From positions 32,001 to 96,000 of the forward strand of contig JAHQJS010000004.1 of assembly GCA_019057385.1 (NCBI GenBank): a stretch of DNA of 64,000 nt, in the 5' to 3' direction. Shown piece after piece: positions 21,463 through 31,700 of this stretch. The stretch comes from Candidatus Borrarchaeum weybense. GTDB taxonomy: Archaea > Asgardarchaeota > Sifarchaeia > Borrarchaeales > Borrarchaeaceae. Position 1 is the first letter of the stretch; each line of letters starts with the position of its first letter. Under the pieces are notes generated by a model. It had not been told where the DNA came from, made no database searches, and saw nothing but the letters and a program-made list of their open reading frames with translations. Position numbers and translations under genes: made by a program.

Positions 21463-22698
21463 TTGTTCAAGAGTACTTTAGTAATAATGATAGATAGTTT
21501 TCGTTATGACTACCTCTCTGAAGAAGAAACCCCATTTCTCTTAAACTTCAGTAAGGCATTAAGAATGAAACCTACATTAGGATATAGTAGCGGATTACAT
21601 CCAATTATAGTTTCGGGTACCTATCCAAGAACGAATGGTGTGTGGGCATCGTACTATTTTACAACAAACTCACCTTATAAGTGGACGAAAGCAGTAGCAC
21701 CGTTTACATATATCTCATATAGGCTCAACAGGAAATTATATGATAAAGTAAGGGTTGCTATAAAACGACTGACGAAGCGAATTAGTGGATCAACACATAT
21801 GCGCCCCAGAAATATTCCGCTATGGCTTTTAGGTTTTTTTAATCATCTAAAAAGAAATGCTTTTGAAGCAAATGCATTAGGAAACATCCCTACGCTTTTT
21901 GATATTTTAAGAGAATATAACATACAATTTCGTTATATTGGATATCCAAAAGAGAAAACAGACCTTGACGTCTTTAAAAAGTCGATAGCCTCATTAAAGA
22001 AGGAGTTTCTTTTTGTATATTTTTTTCAACTTGACTCAATAACACATAAATATGGTGTAAGTTCTCCACAAAGAAAAAATCATACAAAATGGCTCAATAA
22101 TGCAGTAGAAAAACTAGTAAAACGATTCATTGAAACGCATGACGAGTGGAATATCTTTATTTTATCAGACCATGGTATGTGTGACATTACGGGCGTCCTT
22201 AGTATCAAGAAAGTGTTCTGTTCAATTGATGTAAGAGAGTTTTTTGATTATATCCCATTTTATGATTCCACTATAGCACGATTTTGGTTTTTAAATAAAA
22301 GGGCTAGGCTAAAAATTGAATCGAGATTAAATCGACTTCAAAAAGGACGTGTATTATACCAAGAAGAATTAGTTAAATACGGACTTAACTTCATAAAGAA
22401 AGACTATGGTGAATTGATTTTTATTACAAATCCAGGAATCTTACTTATTCCAAATTATTACACTGGATTTCATGTAGATAAAGCAATGCATGGATATATT
22501 CCAGAGGATCAAACGCAGCATGGATTTTTTCTCTTCAAAAATTCAGATTCAGGAATAGAGATTTTAAAAGACGAAATTAAAATAATAGATATATTTCCAA
22601 CAATCATTGATTGCTTCAATGTAGATACTATCAAAGAGAAGGTAGCACAATTTATAGAGGGAAAATCGATCCTCTCTCTTAATGAAACAGATTTTTGA
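21463..22698 (+). CDS. Alkaline phosphatase superfamily (nucleotide pyrophosphatase/phosphodiesterase-like)
   Basis: IDSFRYDY, LDSITH, SDHGM, MHGY. Confidence 0.85.
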   Translation: MFKSTLVIMIDSFRYDYLSEEETPFLLNFSKALRMKPTLGYSSGLHPIIVSGTYPRTNGVWASYYFTTNSPYKWTKAVAPFTYISYRLNRKLYDKVRVAIKRLTKRISGSTHMRPRNIPLWLLGFFNHLKRNAFEANALGNIPTLFDILREYNIQFRYIGYPKEKTDLDVFKKSIASLKKEFLFVYFFQLDSITHKYGVSSPQRKNHTKWLNNAVEKLVKRFIETHDEWNIFILSDHGMCDITGVLSIKKVFCSIDVREFFDYIPFYDSTIARFWFLNKRARLKIESRLNRLQKGRVLYQEELVKYGLNFIKKDYGELIFITNPGILLIPNYYTGFHVDKAMHGYIPEDQTQHGFFLFKNSDSGIEILKDEIKIIDIFPTIIDCFNVDTIKEKVAQFIEGKSILSLNETDF

Positions 22699-22812
22699 CG
22701 ATGCTTTTTGAATTTTTTATAGTGGCTTTAAATAGTTTATAAACAATTAGATAATATACTCAGAAACTGTGCAGTGTATAAGTTTCGCAGAGAAATGAAG
22801 CGCTGTTTATAT

Positions 22813-24279
22813 TTAAGAGGGCCTAAGAAAATTAGAACAATTCTCACTATTCTCGAAGAATGATTCATCAAAGAGTTCAGACCGAAGTTTTAGTCCTTCA
22901 ATCCTTAACGTGTTCCAAGAACTTAGAGCATTCTCGAAGAAAGGAAATTTCATATGAGGCAATAAGAGTAAATATTTCCTTGAATAGTCTAACAAATATT
23001 TTCCGCGTATATCACCACGAACTATGAATTTTGTAGAAAAGTAGACCAATAAAAGAGCCAAATACATAAGAGATCTCGGAAAAATCTGTGAAATAAGCAT
23101 GTTTACAGTTTTTATAGGATGCTTAAGACAAAAACTCTTATGTGTATTAATATAACTTAGAAGCTCGCGTTTATACGAATGAAAAACCAGTTTTTCATTT
23201 TGAAATATGGTATTCGTCAATCTTATAATATTATTAATCTCAAAAGATAGACCAGTTATTTTTCTTCTAAGAAGCGAAGAAATTTCATAGGATAATACGG
23301 AGAAAATTAGTTCGGTGGCATCTAGCCAAGCCTTCAAACATTGTTCTCTTGGAGTTTTACCTGAATCTGTAGAGATACGTGAAAGAGTATTTAAACACGG
23401 ATATTTTTTGAACTCTAACCATTTTTGAAATAAAGTAGATGAAGGGATTATCTCCTTAAGAGAAGGTGAAATATCAAGTAATCTTTCTAATTCGTTAACA
23501 CGTCCTACATAACTCGGTATAAATCTCCCATGAAAGGCAAGGAGAGATGTACAAACATCTAAAAACATTTTTGTAGTCTGATATGCATTCATTTCGAGTA
23601 TATTGTCTGGAATCTTATCATTGTAGAAAATATCTGGGGGAGTAGACAATAATTGTCCGCAAATACGGTTAAAAAGAATTTTTAATGCATCCCATTTCGG
23701 TATTTCCTTCGGACTAAAATTAGGAATTAAATTTAATACATCTTCTCCATACAGTATCATTCCACTACTTTTTAGATCAAAATTTCCAATTGTTGGAATA
23801 AGTGACTTCAAATATGCTTTTGTGATAGGATGTACTTCTACAGAACTCAAGAAACCGAGTTTCAATTCTTTTGTTAAATCGATTGAAAGTTGTCTTAATT
23901 TTTCTTGGAGGGCCGTAAGATCGCCGTTTTTTACAACTACTAGAAAATCGTAATCACTTATGATCTTTACTCTGTTTTCGGATATTATTGCACTCCCCTC
24001 ACCCCGCGACATTGCGCCACATAATATTAAAGAACAGATATCTTTAGGTATATTCTCTAAAACACGTGTGCAAATTATTTGAAGTTGATTTTTAACTAAT
24101 TCATTGATTCTGGCATTTTCGAAGAAAATTATGTCTAGATTTATTCGTGCAGACAATGTGTACCCTCGCAAAAAATATACTTTTTCGATAGTGTGCATAA
24201 AATAAGAACGATTAGTAACCTCTACATCTAATAGATTTGTCCTTTTTCTTTTAGGTATTTTTTTAGAGCTTCTTTCCAA
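22813..24279 (-). CDS. Pol-beta-superfamily nucleotidyltransferase-domain protein; true start downstream of the called start
   Basis: LCGAMSRGEG...SDYDFLVV. Confidence 0.75.
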   Translation of the reverse strand: MERSSKKIPKRKRTNLLDVEVTNRSYFMHTIEKVYFLRGYTLSARINLDIIFFENARINELVKNQLQIICTRVLENIPKDICSLILCGAMSRGEGSAIISENRVKIISDYDFLVVVKNGDLTALQEKLRQLSIDLTKELKLGFLSSVEVHPITKAYLKSLIPTIGNFDLKSSGMILYGEDVLNLIPNFSPKEIPKWDALKILFNRICGQLLSTPPDIFYNDKIPDNILEMNAYQTTKMFLDVCTSLLAFHGRFIPSYVGRVNELERLLDISPSLKEIIPSSTLFQKWLEFKKYPCLNTLSRISTDSGKTPREQCLKAWLDATELIFSVLSYEISSLLRRKITGLSFEINNIIRLTNTIFQNEKLVFHSYKRELLSYINTHKSFCLKHPIKTVNMLISQIFPRSLMYLALLLVYFSTKFIVRGDIRGKYLLDYSRKYLLLLPHMKFPFFENALSSWNTLRIEGLKLRSELFDESFFENSENCSNFLRPS

Positions 24280-25082
24280 GTGTCCATTTCGAGGGCATGT
24301 TTTCTAAGTTTGACAGTTTCTAAGGCTGAAAATGCGGGCCTTTTCGCTTTTAAGTTTAGGCTGCGAGCTTTTATAGGTTGTAGAACTACGTCCGTCCCTA
24401 AGAGTTCAAATATTGTTTTAGCAAACTCATACCACGAACAGTACCCATCATTCGTTACATGATATTCCCCAAAAGGAAGCGCGTTTTTCACAATATTCTT
24501 CACCATAATAGCAGCCTCTTTCGTATAGGTAGGACTCATTACTATGTCATCCACAACCTTAATTTCCTGACCGCTTCTAGCCTTGCTTATCATTGTTTCA
24601 ACAAAGTTGCCGCCTTTACCACTTGCACCAGCTACACCAAACAGGCTTGCTACTCTAACCACATAGTATTTTTCAGCAAGTTTCGTGTAAAACTCCCCGG
24701 CAAGCTTAGATATCCCGTAAGTGTTGATCGGGTTTGGTGTGTCATATTCGTTGTAGGGAACGCCTTTATTTCCATCAAAAACGTAGTCTGTGCTTATATA
24801 AATCAAGATGGCATCGAGTTCAGAGCAGGTCTCAGCAACATTTTTTGCTCCTATAGTGTTCACCAAAAAGGTTTTTTCGGGATTATCCTCACACGCATCC
24901 GTTTTATGAAAAGCTGCAGTGTTAACAATTACATCAGGGGTGCTTTTTTTGAAAATTTTACAACTATCTAAATGTTCAACCTCTATTTCTTCATGTGTCA
25001 AACTTATAACTTCATCTGCATCAAAAACTTTAACGAGATCGGAGCCCAGTTGCCCTTTCGCTCCTATTACTGCCACTTTCAT
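24228..25082 (-). CDS. rmlD: dTDP-4-dehydrorhamnose reductase
   Basis: GAKGQLG, STDYVFDG, YGISK, RPAFSAL. Confidence 0.93.
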   Translation of the reverse strand: MKVAVIGAKGQLGSDLVKVFDADEVISLTHEEIEVEHLDSCKIFKKSTPDVIVNTAAFHKTDACEDNPEKTFLVNTIGAKNVAETCSELDAILIYISTDYVFDGNKGVPYNEYDTPNPINTYGISKLAGEFYTKLAEKYYVVRVASLFGVAGASGKGGNFVETMISKARSGQEIKVVDDIVMSPTYTKEAAIMVKNIVKNALPFGEYHVTNDGYCSWYEFAKTIFELLGTDVVLQPIKARSLNLKAKRPAFSALETVKLRKHALEMDTWKEALKKYLKEKGQIY

Positions 25083-26098
25083 AGAATCATCCCGTTCATT
25101 TCAACTTCTTTAATATACGTGTGCATTTCAAGCAAATGTTTATACCATTTCACAGTAATGGTCTTTAAATCGTCCTTAACTAGGCCTTCCTTTAGTGCTT
25201 CATAAACCTCTTTTCCTCCTTCTCTTGGAGAGTAATCCGGTTTAAACTTCAATATATTAGCAATCTTATCAAAACTTACCCTATAACTTCGGTTATCAGG
25301 AAAGCCGTACCATTCATACTGAAAAGGTAACCCTACAGCGTCTGCGACAAGATTTGCAAGATTAAATATCTGATAGTTCTGCTCGTTAGAACCGACATTA
25401 AATATCTCCCCACCAACATCTTCTTTTTCCGATTCCATCGCTAGAATGAAAGCTTTGCTTGTGTCTTTAACATGGACGAAAGGTCGCCATTGGGTACCAT
25501 CTTTCAATATCGGTATTTTACCGTTTTTGAAGAACCCTAAAGTCATACCGTTTATGGCTAAGTCGAACCGCATCCTCGGAGATAGTCCATAAACTGTTGC
25601 CTGTCTTAAGACTGTCACTGTAAACTTCTCAGCCGCTAAGGGAAGGATATCCTCTTCAGCCTGTAAATTTGCTTTAGCGTAAGTTGTCAGAGGGTTTGTT
25701 GAAGAGTTTTCATTTAAAATCCCCTCATGAAACCCATAAATGCTACAAGAAGAGGCTAGAATATATCTTTCAACATTGTATTTTTTTGAAAGGGTTGCTA
25801 CTCTCACTCTTCCATTATAGTTTATCGCCATAGTTTTCTCTGGGTCTAACTCTCCTGTAGGGTCGTTGGAGAGGGCTGCTAGATCCATCACAGCGTCAAC
25901 GTCCCCTAAAATAGCGGGATCGAACCATCGAATATCATCCTTAATAAGTTTGAAGTTCTTATCATCAATCACGTCTTTTAACGTCTCTCTCCCGAAAAAA
26001 AACCTGTCCAGGCACGTTACCTTATAGCCTTTTTCGAGTAAGAGTTTTACCAAAACTGACCCAATGTATCCTGCACCACCCGTTACAAGTACACTCAT
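25079..26098 (-). CDS. Extended SDR nucleotide-sugar epimerase/dehydratase (atypical)
   Basis: TGGAGYIG, ASSCSIYG, YAKAN. Confidence 0.85.
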   Translation of the reverse strand: MSVLVTGGAGYIGSVLVKLLLEKGYKVTCLDRFFFGRETLKDVIDDKNFKLIKDDIRWFDPAILGDVDAVMDLAALSNDPTGELDPEKTMAINYNGRVRVATLSKKYNVERYILASSCSIYGFHEGILNENSSTNPLTTYAKANLQAEEDILPLAAEKFTVTVLRQATVYGLSPRMRFDLAINGMTLGFFKNGKIPILKDGTQWRPFVHVKDTSKAFILAMESEKEDVGGEIFNVGSNEQNYQIFNLANLVADAVGLPFQYEWYGFPDNRSYRVSFDKIANILKFKPDYSPREGGKEVYEALKEGLVKDDLKTITVKWYKHLLEMHTYIKEVEMNGMIL

Positions 26099-26107
26099 CT
26101 TTACACC

Positions 26108-26620
26108 TCACTTATGAGGAGGTTTATTCCAGTCATAGGATTCATTAGTTCTAGGATCTATTATGGTGTGATCGTTCCACGGTCGCCTTTCCTCATCAGG
26201 ATCTTTATAGTCGTAAAGTCTGGTCGCAAAATAAACAGTTAAGGACGGTTCACTGCTCACTGTTTTGGTTCCATGCCAATAATGACCTGGTATCCTAACT
26301 ATTTGCGGCTTTTTTTCGCTTGCTATCACTTCAATCAGTTTCCCTTTAGTAGGGGAATCTGCTCTATCATCATAAGCGCATATCTTCATGGCACCCTTTA
26401 AAACTAAAAAATAGTCCACTTGCCCACGGTGATGCCTGTGCCATGCTCTAATTACTCTAGAGTAACTGTAAGACACGTTTGCTTGAACTATCCATTTCTC
26501 CCCTAATAACTTTTCCCAATCTTTTCTGAGGGCTTCTGAAAAAAAACCTCGCTCATCTGGAATAATCCTCAAGTCATACGTTCTTACGCCTGGCAACTCA
26601 CACTCTTTCACTTCAACCAT
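26108..26620 (-). CDS. rmlC: dTDP-4-dehydrorhamnose 3,5-epimerase family
   Basis: DERGFF, RAWHRH, YWHG. Confidence 0.88.
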   Translation of the reverse strand: MVEVKECELPGVRTYDLRIIPDERGFFSEALRKDWEKLLGEKWIVQANVSYSYSRVIRAWHRHHRGQVDYFLVLKGAMKICAYDDRADSPTKGKLIEVIASEKKPQIVRIPGHYWHGTKTVSSEPSLTVYFATRLYDYKDPDEERRPWNDHTIIDPRTNESYDWNKPPHK

Positions 26621-26666
26621 TATTAACTCCTCTCAATATAAGTCCTACATGAAATAACTTACAGGG

Positions 26667-27731
26667 TTAGATTTCTATTTCGGAGTAGTCACCTATATGA
26701 AGTTTGAGAGTTTTATGTTTTTGGTTTTTAAAAACTTTCGCGTTTCTTCCGATTAGGCTTTCTTCCAATCTATCTATGCTGTCGACAACAGCGTTTTCTA
26801 GTATGACGCAGTATTCCACAGCGGAATTTATTATTCTTGAGTTGTTGCCTATGCTTGTATAGGGCCCTACAAAAGAGTTTTTGATGACGCAGTTTTTCCC
26901 TATTACGCAGGGACCCCGTATGGTGCTATTCGTTATTCTTGCGTCTTCTTCTAGTTTTACTCTACCGCTCACTTTGCTTTTTTGGTCTATAATCCCTTTA
27001 ACCTCGGTTTTTGAGTACTCATCTAAAATTAATGTGTTTGCTGAAAGAATATCATCTTTCTTACCCGTGTCAAGCCACCATGAACTCAGGATCTCCGCTT
27101 TTACCCTGCACCCAATGTGTATCATCTCCTGTATTGTGTCCGTAATTTCAAGTTCTCCTCTCCAAGAAGGCTCTATACGTTCCACAGCTTCATGAACTCT
27201 AGAAGAAAAGATGTAGACACCAACCAAAGCTAAGTTGCTTATGAAGGTCTTAGGTTTTTCTACGAGTTTTAAAATCTCTCCCTTCCCATTTAATAGCGCG
27301 ACCCCGAACTGTTTCGGATTCTCTACCTCTTTCAACAAGAGTAAAGCATCGAGTTCTTCTTCATTAAACTTCTTTATGAACTTCTCTAACCTTTCAGACA
27401 GCAAGTTGTCTCCAAGGTACATGACAAAATTGTCATCACCGAGAAACTCTTGAGCTGTCTTCACAGCGTGAGCTAAGCCTAGCGGTTCCTGTAATATATA
27501 AGTGATGTTAACATCCCATTTCGAGCCGTCTCCTACATAACTTCTAATATCTTCCCCTGTTTCCAGAGCTATAATTACCCCCATATCTTTTATTCCAGCC
27601 CTAGAAATATGATCTAAAACATAGCCTAATATCGGCTTATTGGCCACCGGTATCAACTGCTTAGCCGTCGTAAACGTTAAAGGCCTTAACCGCGTACCCT
27701 TACCTCCACTCAAAACAAGGCCCTTCATCAT
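26667..27731 (-). CDS. rmlA: Glucose-1-phosphate thymidylyltransferase, long form
   Basis: GGKGTRLRP, KQLIP, EPLGLAHA, RGELEITD, C-terminal hexapeptide region. Confidence 0.93.
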   Translation of the reverse strand: MMKGLVLSGGKGTRLRPLTFTTAKQLIPVANKPILGYVLDHISRAGIKDMGVIIALETGEDIRSYVGDGSKWDVNITYILQEPLGLAHAVKTAQEFLGDDNFVMYLGDNLLSERLEKFIKKFNEEELDALLLLKEVENPKQFGVALLNGKGEILKLVEKPKTFISNLALVGVYIFSSRVHEAVERIEPSWRGELEITDTIQEMIHIGCRVKAEILSSWWLDTGKKDDILSANTLILDEYSKTEVKGIIDQKSKVSGRVKLEEDARITNSTIRGPCVIGKNCVIKNSFVGPYTSIGNNSRIINSAVEYCVILENAVVDSIDRLEESLIGRNAKVFKNQKHKTLKLHIGDYSEIEI

Positions 27732-28320
27732 ATTTTCTTCCTTTACGATTGTTACGGATTTGAAACTTTACTTGATAATATGTTTGTATCGGGGATGCAT
27801 CTAAAAACTCATTCATATAATCCACTATTCGTCCTTTTAAGACTTCCTACGGATAAATAACAAAGAGTTCGTTTCAATTAGAATCTTTGAGATTTTAATT
27901 GCGTGGACAACCAATTGCTTCTCCTGATAACTAAATTCTATATATTGGCATTCTATTGTTTACTTTTCGAACAATCTATTACTTGCTCTTTATTTGCTCA
28001 TTTTTTGCTAGAGTTGTTCAAGTATATACGAGGAGAATATTCAAGCATATCATCCTGATGTTGAAGAGAAAGTCGAAATAAGCGAAATACTTCGATTTCT
28101 CGCGGATATATATGTGCTTATACGAACTAATAATCATAAATCTTTTATCTGAGGGCGATTTTATACTCTACTAAAATATACTTTTTTATCTTTTAATATT
28201 AAAATGGTCTCTAAAGGTCTTTTTGGGAATCTTCCAAGATAATTTGCTAGATTATTTTAAAATATCAAATATTTAACTTCAGAACATAAAAATTGACATA
28301 TAAGCACATAAGGGAGACTA

Positions 28321-29220
28321 TTGATGGATAAAGACATGGCTTCTATCATAATTCTAACCAAAAATGGAGAGAAAACTATTGGAAAATGCCTTAAAGGAAT
28401 TTTTTCTCAAAAGACTACAAGAAGTTTCGAGGTCATCGTTATCGATTCTGGTTCAACAGATAGGACACAACAAATTGTCAAAAATTATCCGGTCAAAGTT
28501 ATAACAATCCCTCCTGAAAGGTTCTCGCATAGTAGAACGAGAAATTTTGGTGCATATTTAGCAAAAGGTAACTTTTTAGTATATATTACACAAGATGCGC
28601 AGCCCTCCAGTAGAAAATGGCTGGAAACACTCATAAAACATTTCCAAGATCCAGAGGTTATTGCTGTTTTTGGAAGGCAGATCCCCAGAAAAAATTGCCA
28701 TCCATCCGAAAAACGGGCTCTTTTGAGGAGGTATCCAAAGAAATTTGCAGTATATAGAGAGAAAGATATCTGTCCTTTTTCAGATGTTAATTCCACGATC
28801 AGGAAGGACATCTGGGAAAAATATCCGTATAACGTCGAAGTTTCTATTGCAGAAGACTTAGAATGGGCGAATGCTACGCTAAGACATCTAACTGGAAAAA
28901 TAATAATTTATGACCCAAAGGCGGCGGTATATCATTCTCATAACTATGAATTCAGAGAATTATTAGTCAAAATGTTAAGAGTAGGAGGGCATCAAAGACT
29001 AATTTTTCAAGTAAAACTTACTCCTAAGAAGTTTATCACATCTCTTTTAAGCGCCATAAAATTCTGGATGGTAGACGTTTTTGAGGATATTCTTTTTACA
29101 GTAGAGGAAAGGAACACCAAATGGCTTTTTGTAATACCTCTGTATTCCTTTATAAAGACATTTGGAAAACTACTTGGAATCTATTTAACGTCATTTACAT
29201 CCCCAAAGTCATGGAGGTAG
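28321..29220 (+). CDS. GT2 glycosyltransferase, probable rhamnosyltransferase
   Basis: IDSGSTD, FSHSRTRN, TQDA, AED, VYHSH. Confidence 0.85.
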   Translation: MMDKDMASIIILTKNGEKTIGKCLKGIFSQKTTRSFEVIVIDSGSTDRTQQIVKNYPVKVITIPPERFSHSRTRNFGAYLAKGNFLVYITQDAQPSSRKWLETLIKHFQDPEVIAVFGRQIPRKNCHPSEKRALLRRYPKKFAVYREKDICPFSDVNSTIRKDIWEKYPYNVEVSIAEDLEWANATLRHLTGKIIIYDPKAAVYHSHNYEFRELLVKMLRVGGHQRLIFQVKLTPKKFITSLLSAIKFWMVDVFEDILFTVEERNTKWLFVIPLYSFIKTFGKLLGIYLTSFTSPKSWR

Positions 29221-29224
29221 CATC

Positions 29225-30481
29225 TTGAAAGTCTTATTGCTGTGTGACAAATTTCCACCATACCAATCTGGAGGAGCGGAAATATATGTATACCGCATTG
29301 CACAAAAGTTAAAGGAATACGGAAACGATGTAAGTATTATCAGTGGAGGCGTTGTGAAAAAGCCTTGTTTTAGGACGATGGAGGAAAAGTTTGATGGCTT
29401 ACAAGTTTTTAGATACAATTCCTGCTATCCAAATCTCCCACTTATTAATATGGTAAAGGAAATTGTAGATCCCGTTGCTATAAGGCATCTTAGAGCAATT
29501 CTAAAGAAAATTAACCCAGACATAGTTCATGCACACATTCTTCAAAAGGGATTATCTCTTTTTTCGTTAATAGCGGCTAAAAAATTAAATTTCCCCACAC
29601 TTCTTACTGTTCACGACTACTGGTTAATTTGTCCAAAGTATTTCTTATTAGATCAAAAAAATCAGATTTGCACGAAGAAGATGTGTTTTAAGTGTCTTAG
29701 AGGAAAGTACATTCCTTTCCGAAACGAATTAATGAAATATATTTCAAAATATGTAGATGTATTCATAACACCAAGTCAAATAATGAAAGTATATCTTGTT
29801 CAGAATGGATTCCCAAAAAACAGAATACTGGCAATTCATAATGGCATAGAGTTTGACTTAGAGACTTCTGACAAGAATGCTCAGAAAAACTTTAGGAGAA
29901 AATATGGAATACAAGATGATGATAAGGTAATCTTATTTTTGGGACGCCATAAACCATATAAGGGACTAGACCGACTTATCCGTGCTGCCCCTTATTTAAA
30001 AATCGATAAATTTAAAATTTTAATCGTTGGGCACGAAGTCAAGGGTTACGATGATTTTATTCGTAATCTCGCTGAAATGTTAAATATTAAATCAAAGGTA
30101 ATATTTACAGGGAATATTTCTCAAGAAGATGTATGGACTGCATATCAAATTTCTGATGTATGTGCAGCCCCATCACTTCACCCAGATAATTCTCCAGGAG
30201 TCGTTTACGAAGCCATGTGGGCAGGCGTGCCTGTCCTTGGAACGATTTTCGGAGGCACACCTGAATTAGTTCAAGATGGGAAAACGGGATTCTTGATTGA
30301 TCCAAGAAATGTAAGAGAGATTAGAAATAAATTAGAAATACTATTGACAGATGAAGAACTGCATAAAAAGATGAGTATAAAGGCTAAAAAGGTAGTTAGA
30401 CAGAAATTCAGCATGGAATTGCATATCCAAAAACTGCAGAACATATATCATCATCTAATAAGCGCTGCCAAAAATAGATAA
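29225..30481 (+). CDS. GT4 glycosyltransferase
   Basis: GGAE, HDYWLICP, DNSPGVVYEAM. Confidence 0.92.
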   Translation: MKVLLLCDKFPPYQSGGAEIYVYRIAQKLKEYGNDVSIISGGVVKKPCFRTMEEKFDGLQVFRYNSCYPNLPLINMVKEIVDPVAIRHLRAILKKINPDIVHAHILQKGLSLFSLIAAKKLNFPTLLTVHDYWLICPKYFLLDQKNQICTKKMCFKCLRGKYIPFRNELMKYISKYVDVFITPSQIMKVYLVQNGFPKNRILAIHNGIEFDLETSDKNAQKNFRRKYGIQDDDKVILFLGRHKPYKGLDRLIRAAPYLKIDKFKILIVGHEVKGYDDFIRNLAEMLNIKSKVIFTGNISQEDVWTAYQISDVCAAPSLHPDNSPGVVYEAMWAGVPVLGTIFGGTPELVQDGKTGFLIDPRNVREIRNKLEILLTDEELHKKMSIKAKKVVRQKFSMELHIQKLQNIYHHLISAAKNR

Positions 30482-30484
30482 AGG

Positions 30485-31549
30485 TTATACCCAATCGAAA
30501 AGAGTTTTCTGTTTTTTTTGAGCAGAAGATTTTTCAAGGCGTTCCAGACCCTTTTTCACTCTGTCTTGAGAGAAATCATGCTCTTCACAAAGAAATTCAA
30601 GTATTTTATCGTGGTTAGGGGACTCCCATTTAATAGAATATGTGTCCGTCACCTCTGGATCTAAGAAAATTGATCTTATCTGATCAATAGGCACTTCGAC
30701 TAATACGTCTTTTACTTTCATTATGGATTCTAAATCTTCGTGTTCTTTTATTAACTTTAATGCCGTCTTAGGTCCAATCCCTTTTACTCCTTCGTTGAAA
30801 TCAGTTCCTACAAGAATACCAATGTCAATTAGTTGCTCTCTCGTTATTTCAAGGTCTTTAAGCATTTCTTCAAGGTTAATGAGTTCTGGCTTTACTTCGA
30901 TATATGTTGATTTTCTGGGCAATTTTCGACGTCCGGTGATTGTAAGATTGCGTATCAGCCTATCTGCACCGAACAATAGACAATCGTGATCCTGAGACCC
31001 TGCGCCCCAGCAATCGCCTTTTCTGACCATGTAAGATGCCTGGGCTTCTCCCTCACTAGGAGCTTGTATGTATGGCAGTCCTATATATGATAAGAGCATT
31101 TTACTATCGGAAATCATTTCTTCAGTAAATCGTGAAGATGCTTGGGCAAATTTTTTGGCTTCTACTAAATCTCCCCTATCAAGAGCATCGAGCCATTTTT
31201 CTGTGGCAGTTTCTCGAATTTGTTTTCTTTCTATAATTGTTTCATGTTTCAGTTCAGGAGGTTTACCATCAAATACATAGATTGGTCGGATGTTTTCTTC
31301 AAGTAAATTTATATTGCGATAAAAAAGCCCACTTAAGTGGGATGTAATTCGCTGTTGTCTGTCTAATAGAGGCTTACCGTCTGGCTGACGAATTATTGAA
31401 AGAAATTGATACAGTACATTCATTGCATCAATAGCAATGTCTTTTTTACTAAGATCATTTAAATTAAGAGTATGCGTGGTGCGCTCCAAAAGATCTTTTA
31501 TTTTAACTCCCATTGATTTTAAACCCCCTCTGATTATTATGCTGAACAA
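30485..31549 (-). CDS. fen: Flap endonuclease 1; true start MGV at about 31513
   Basis: MGV, YQFL, FDG, EGEAQA, GTDF, C-terminal PIP box QKTLFDW. Confidence 0.97.
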   Translation of the reverse strand: MFSIIIRGGLKSMGVKIKDLLERTTHTLNLNDLSKKDIAIDAMNVLYQFLSIIRQPDGKPLLDRQQRITSHLSGLFYRNINLLEENIRPIYVFDGKPPELKHETIIERKQIRETATEKWLDALDRGDLVEAKKFAQASSRFTEEMISDSKMLLSYIGLPYIQAPSEGEAQASYMVRKGDCWGAGSQDHDCLLFGADRLIRNLTITGRRKLPRKSTYIEVKPELINLEEMLKDLEITREQLIDIGILVGTDFNEGVKGIGPKTALKLIKEHEDLESIMKVKDVLVEVPIDQIRSIFLDPEVTDTYSIKWESPNHDKILEFLCEEHDFSQDRVKKGLERLEKSSAQKKQKTLFDWV

Positions 31550-31576
31550 TCTTTAAAAACTTAAGCAGAACGTGAT

Positions 31577-31700
31577 GTGAACTACCACCCTACAAGTAGG
31601 GTGGCTTCCTGAATCATCCATTCCCTAACGGGATATGTTAACCAGGCTCTACGGGCAGTTCCTGCCCTGATGATGATCGTGCTTCTAAATAGTGAGTGGA
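31577..31700 (-). ncRNA. Putative TnpB omega/re-RNA scaffold overlapping the tnpB 3' end
   Basis: Hairpin-rich stretch (GGGCAGGAACTGCCC; TCCCGTTAGGGA; terminal hairpin) ending at TTCAC. 5' boundary is approximate. Confidence 0.55.

Noticed and set aside
27732-28320. Long intergenic region as a possible ncRNA or gene remnant
   Set aside because: No convincing ORF, repeat or stable structure seen; consistent with divergent promoters.
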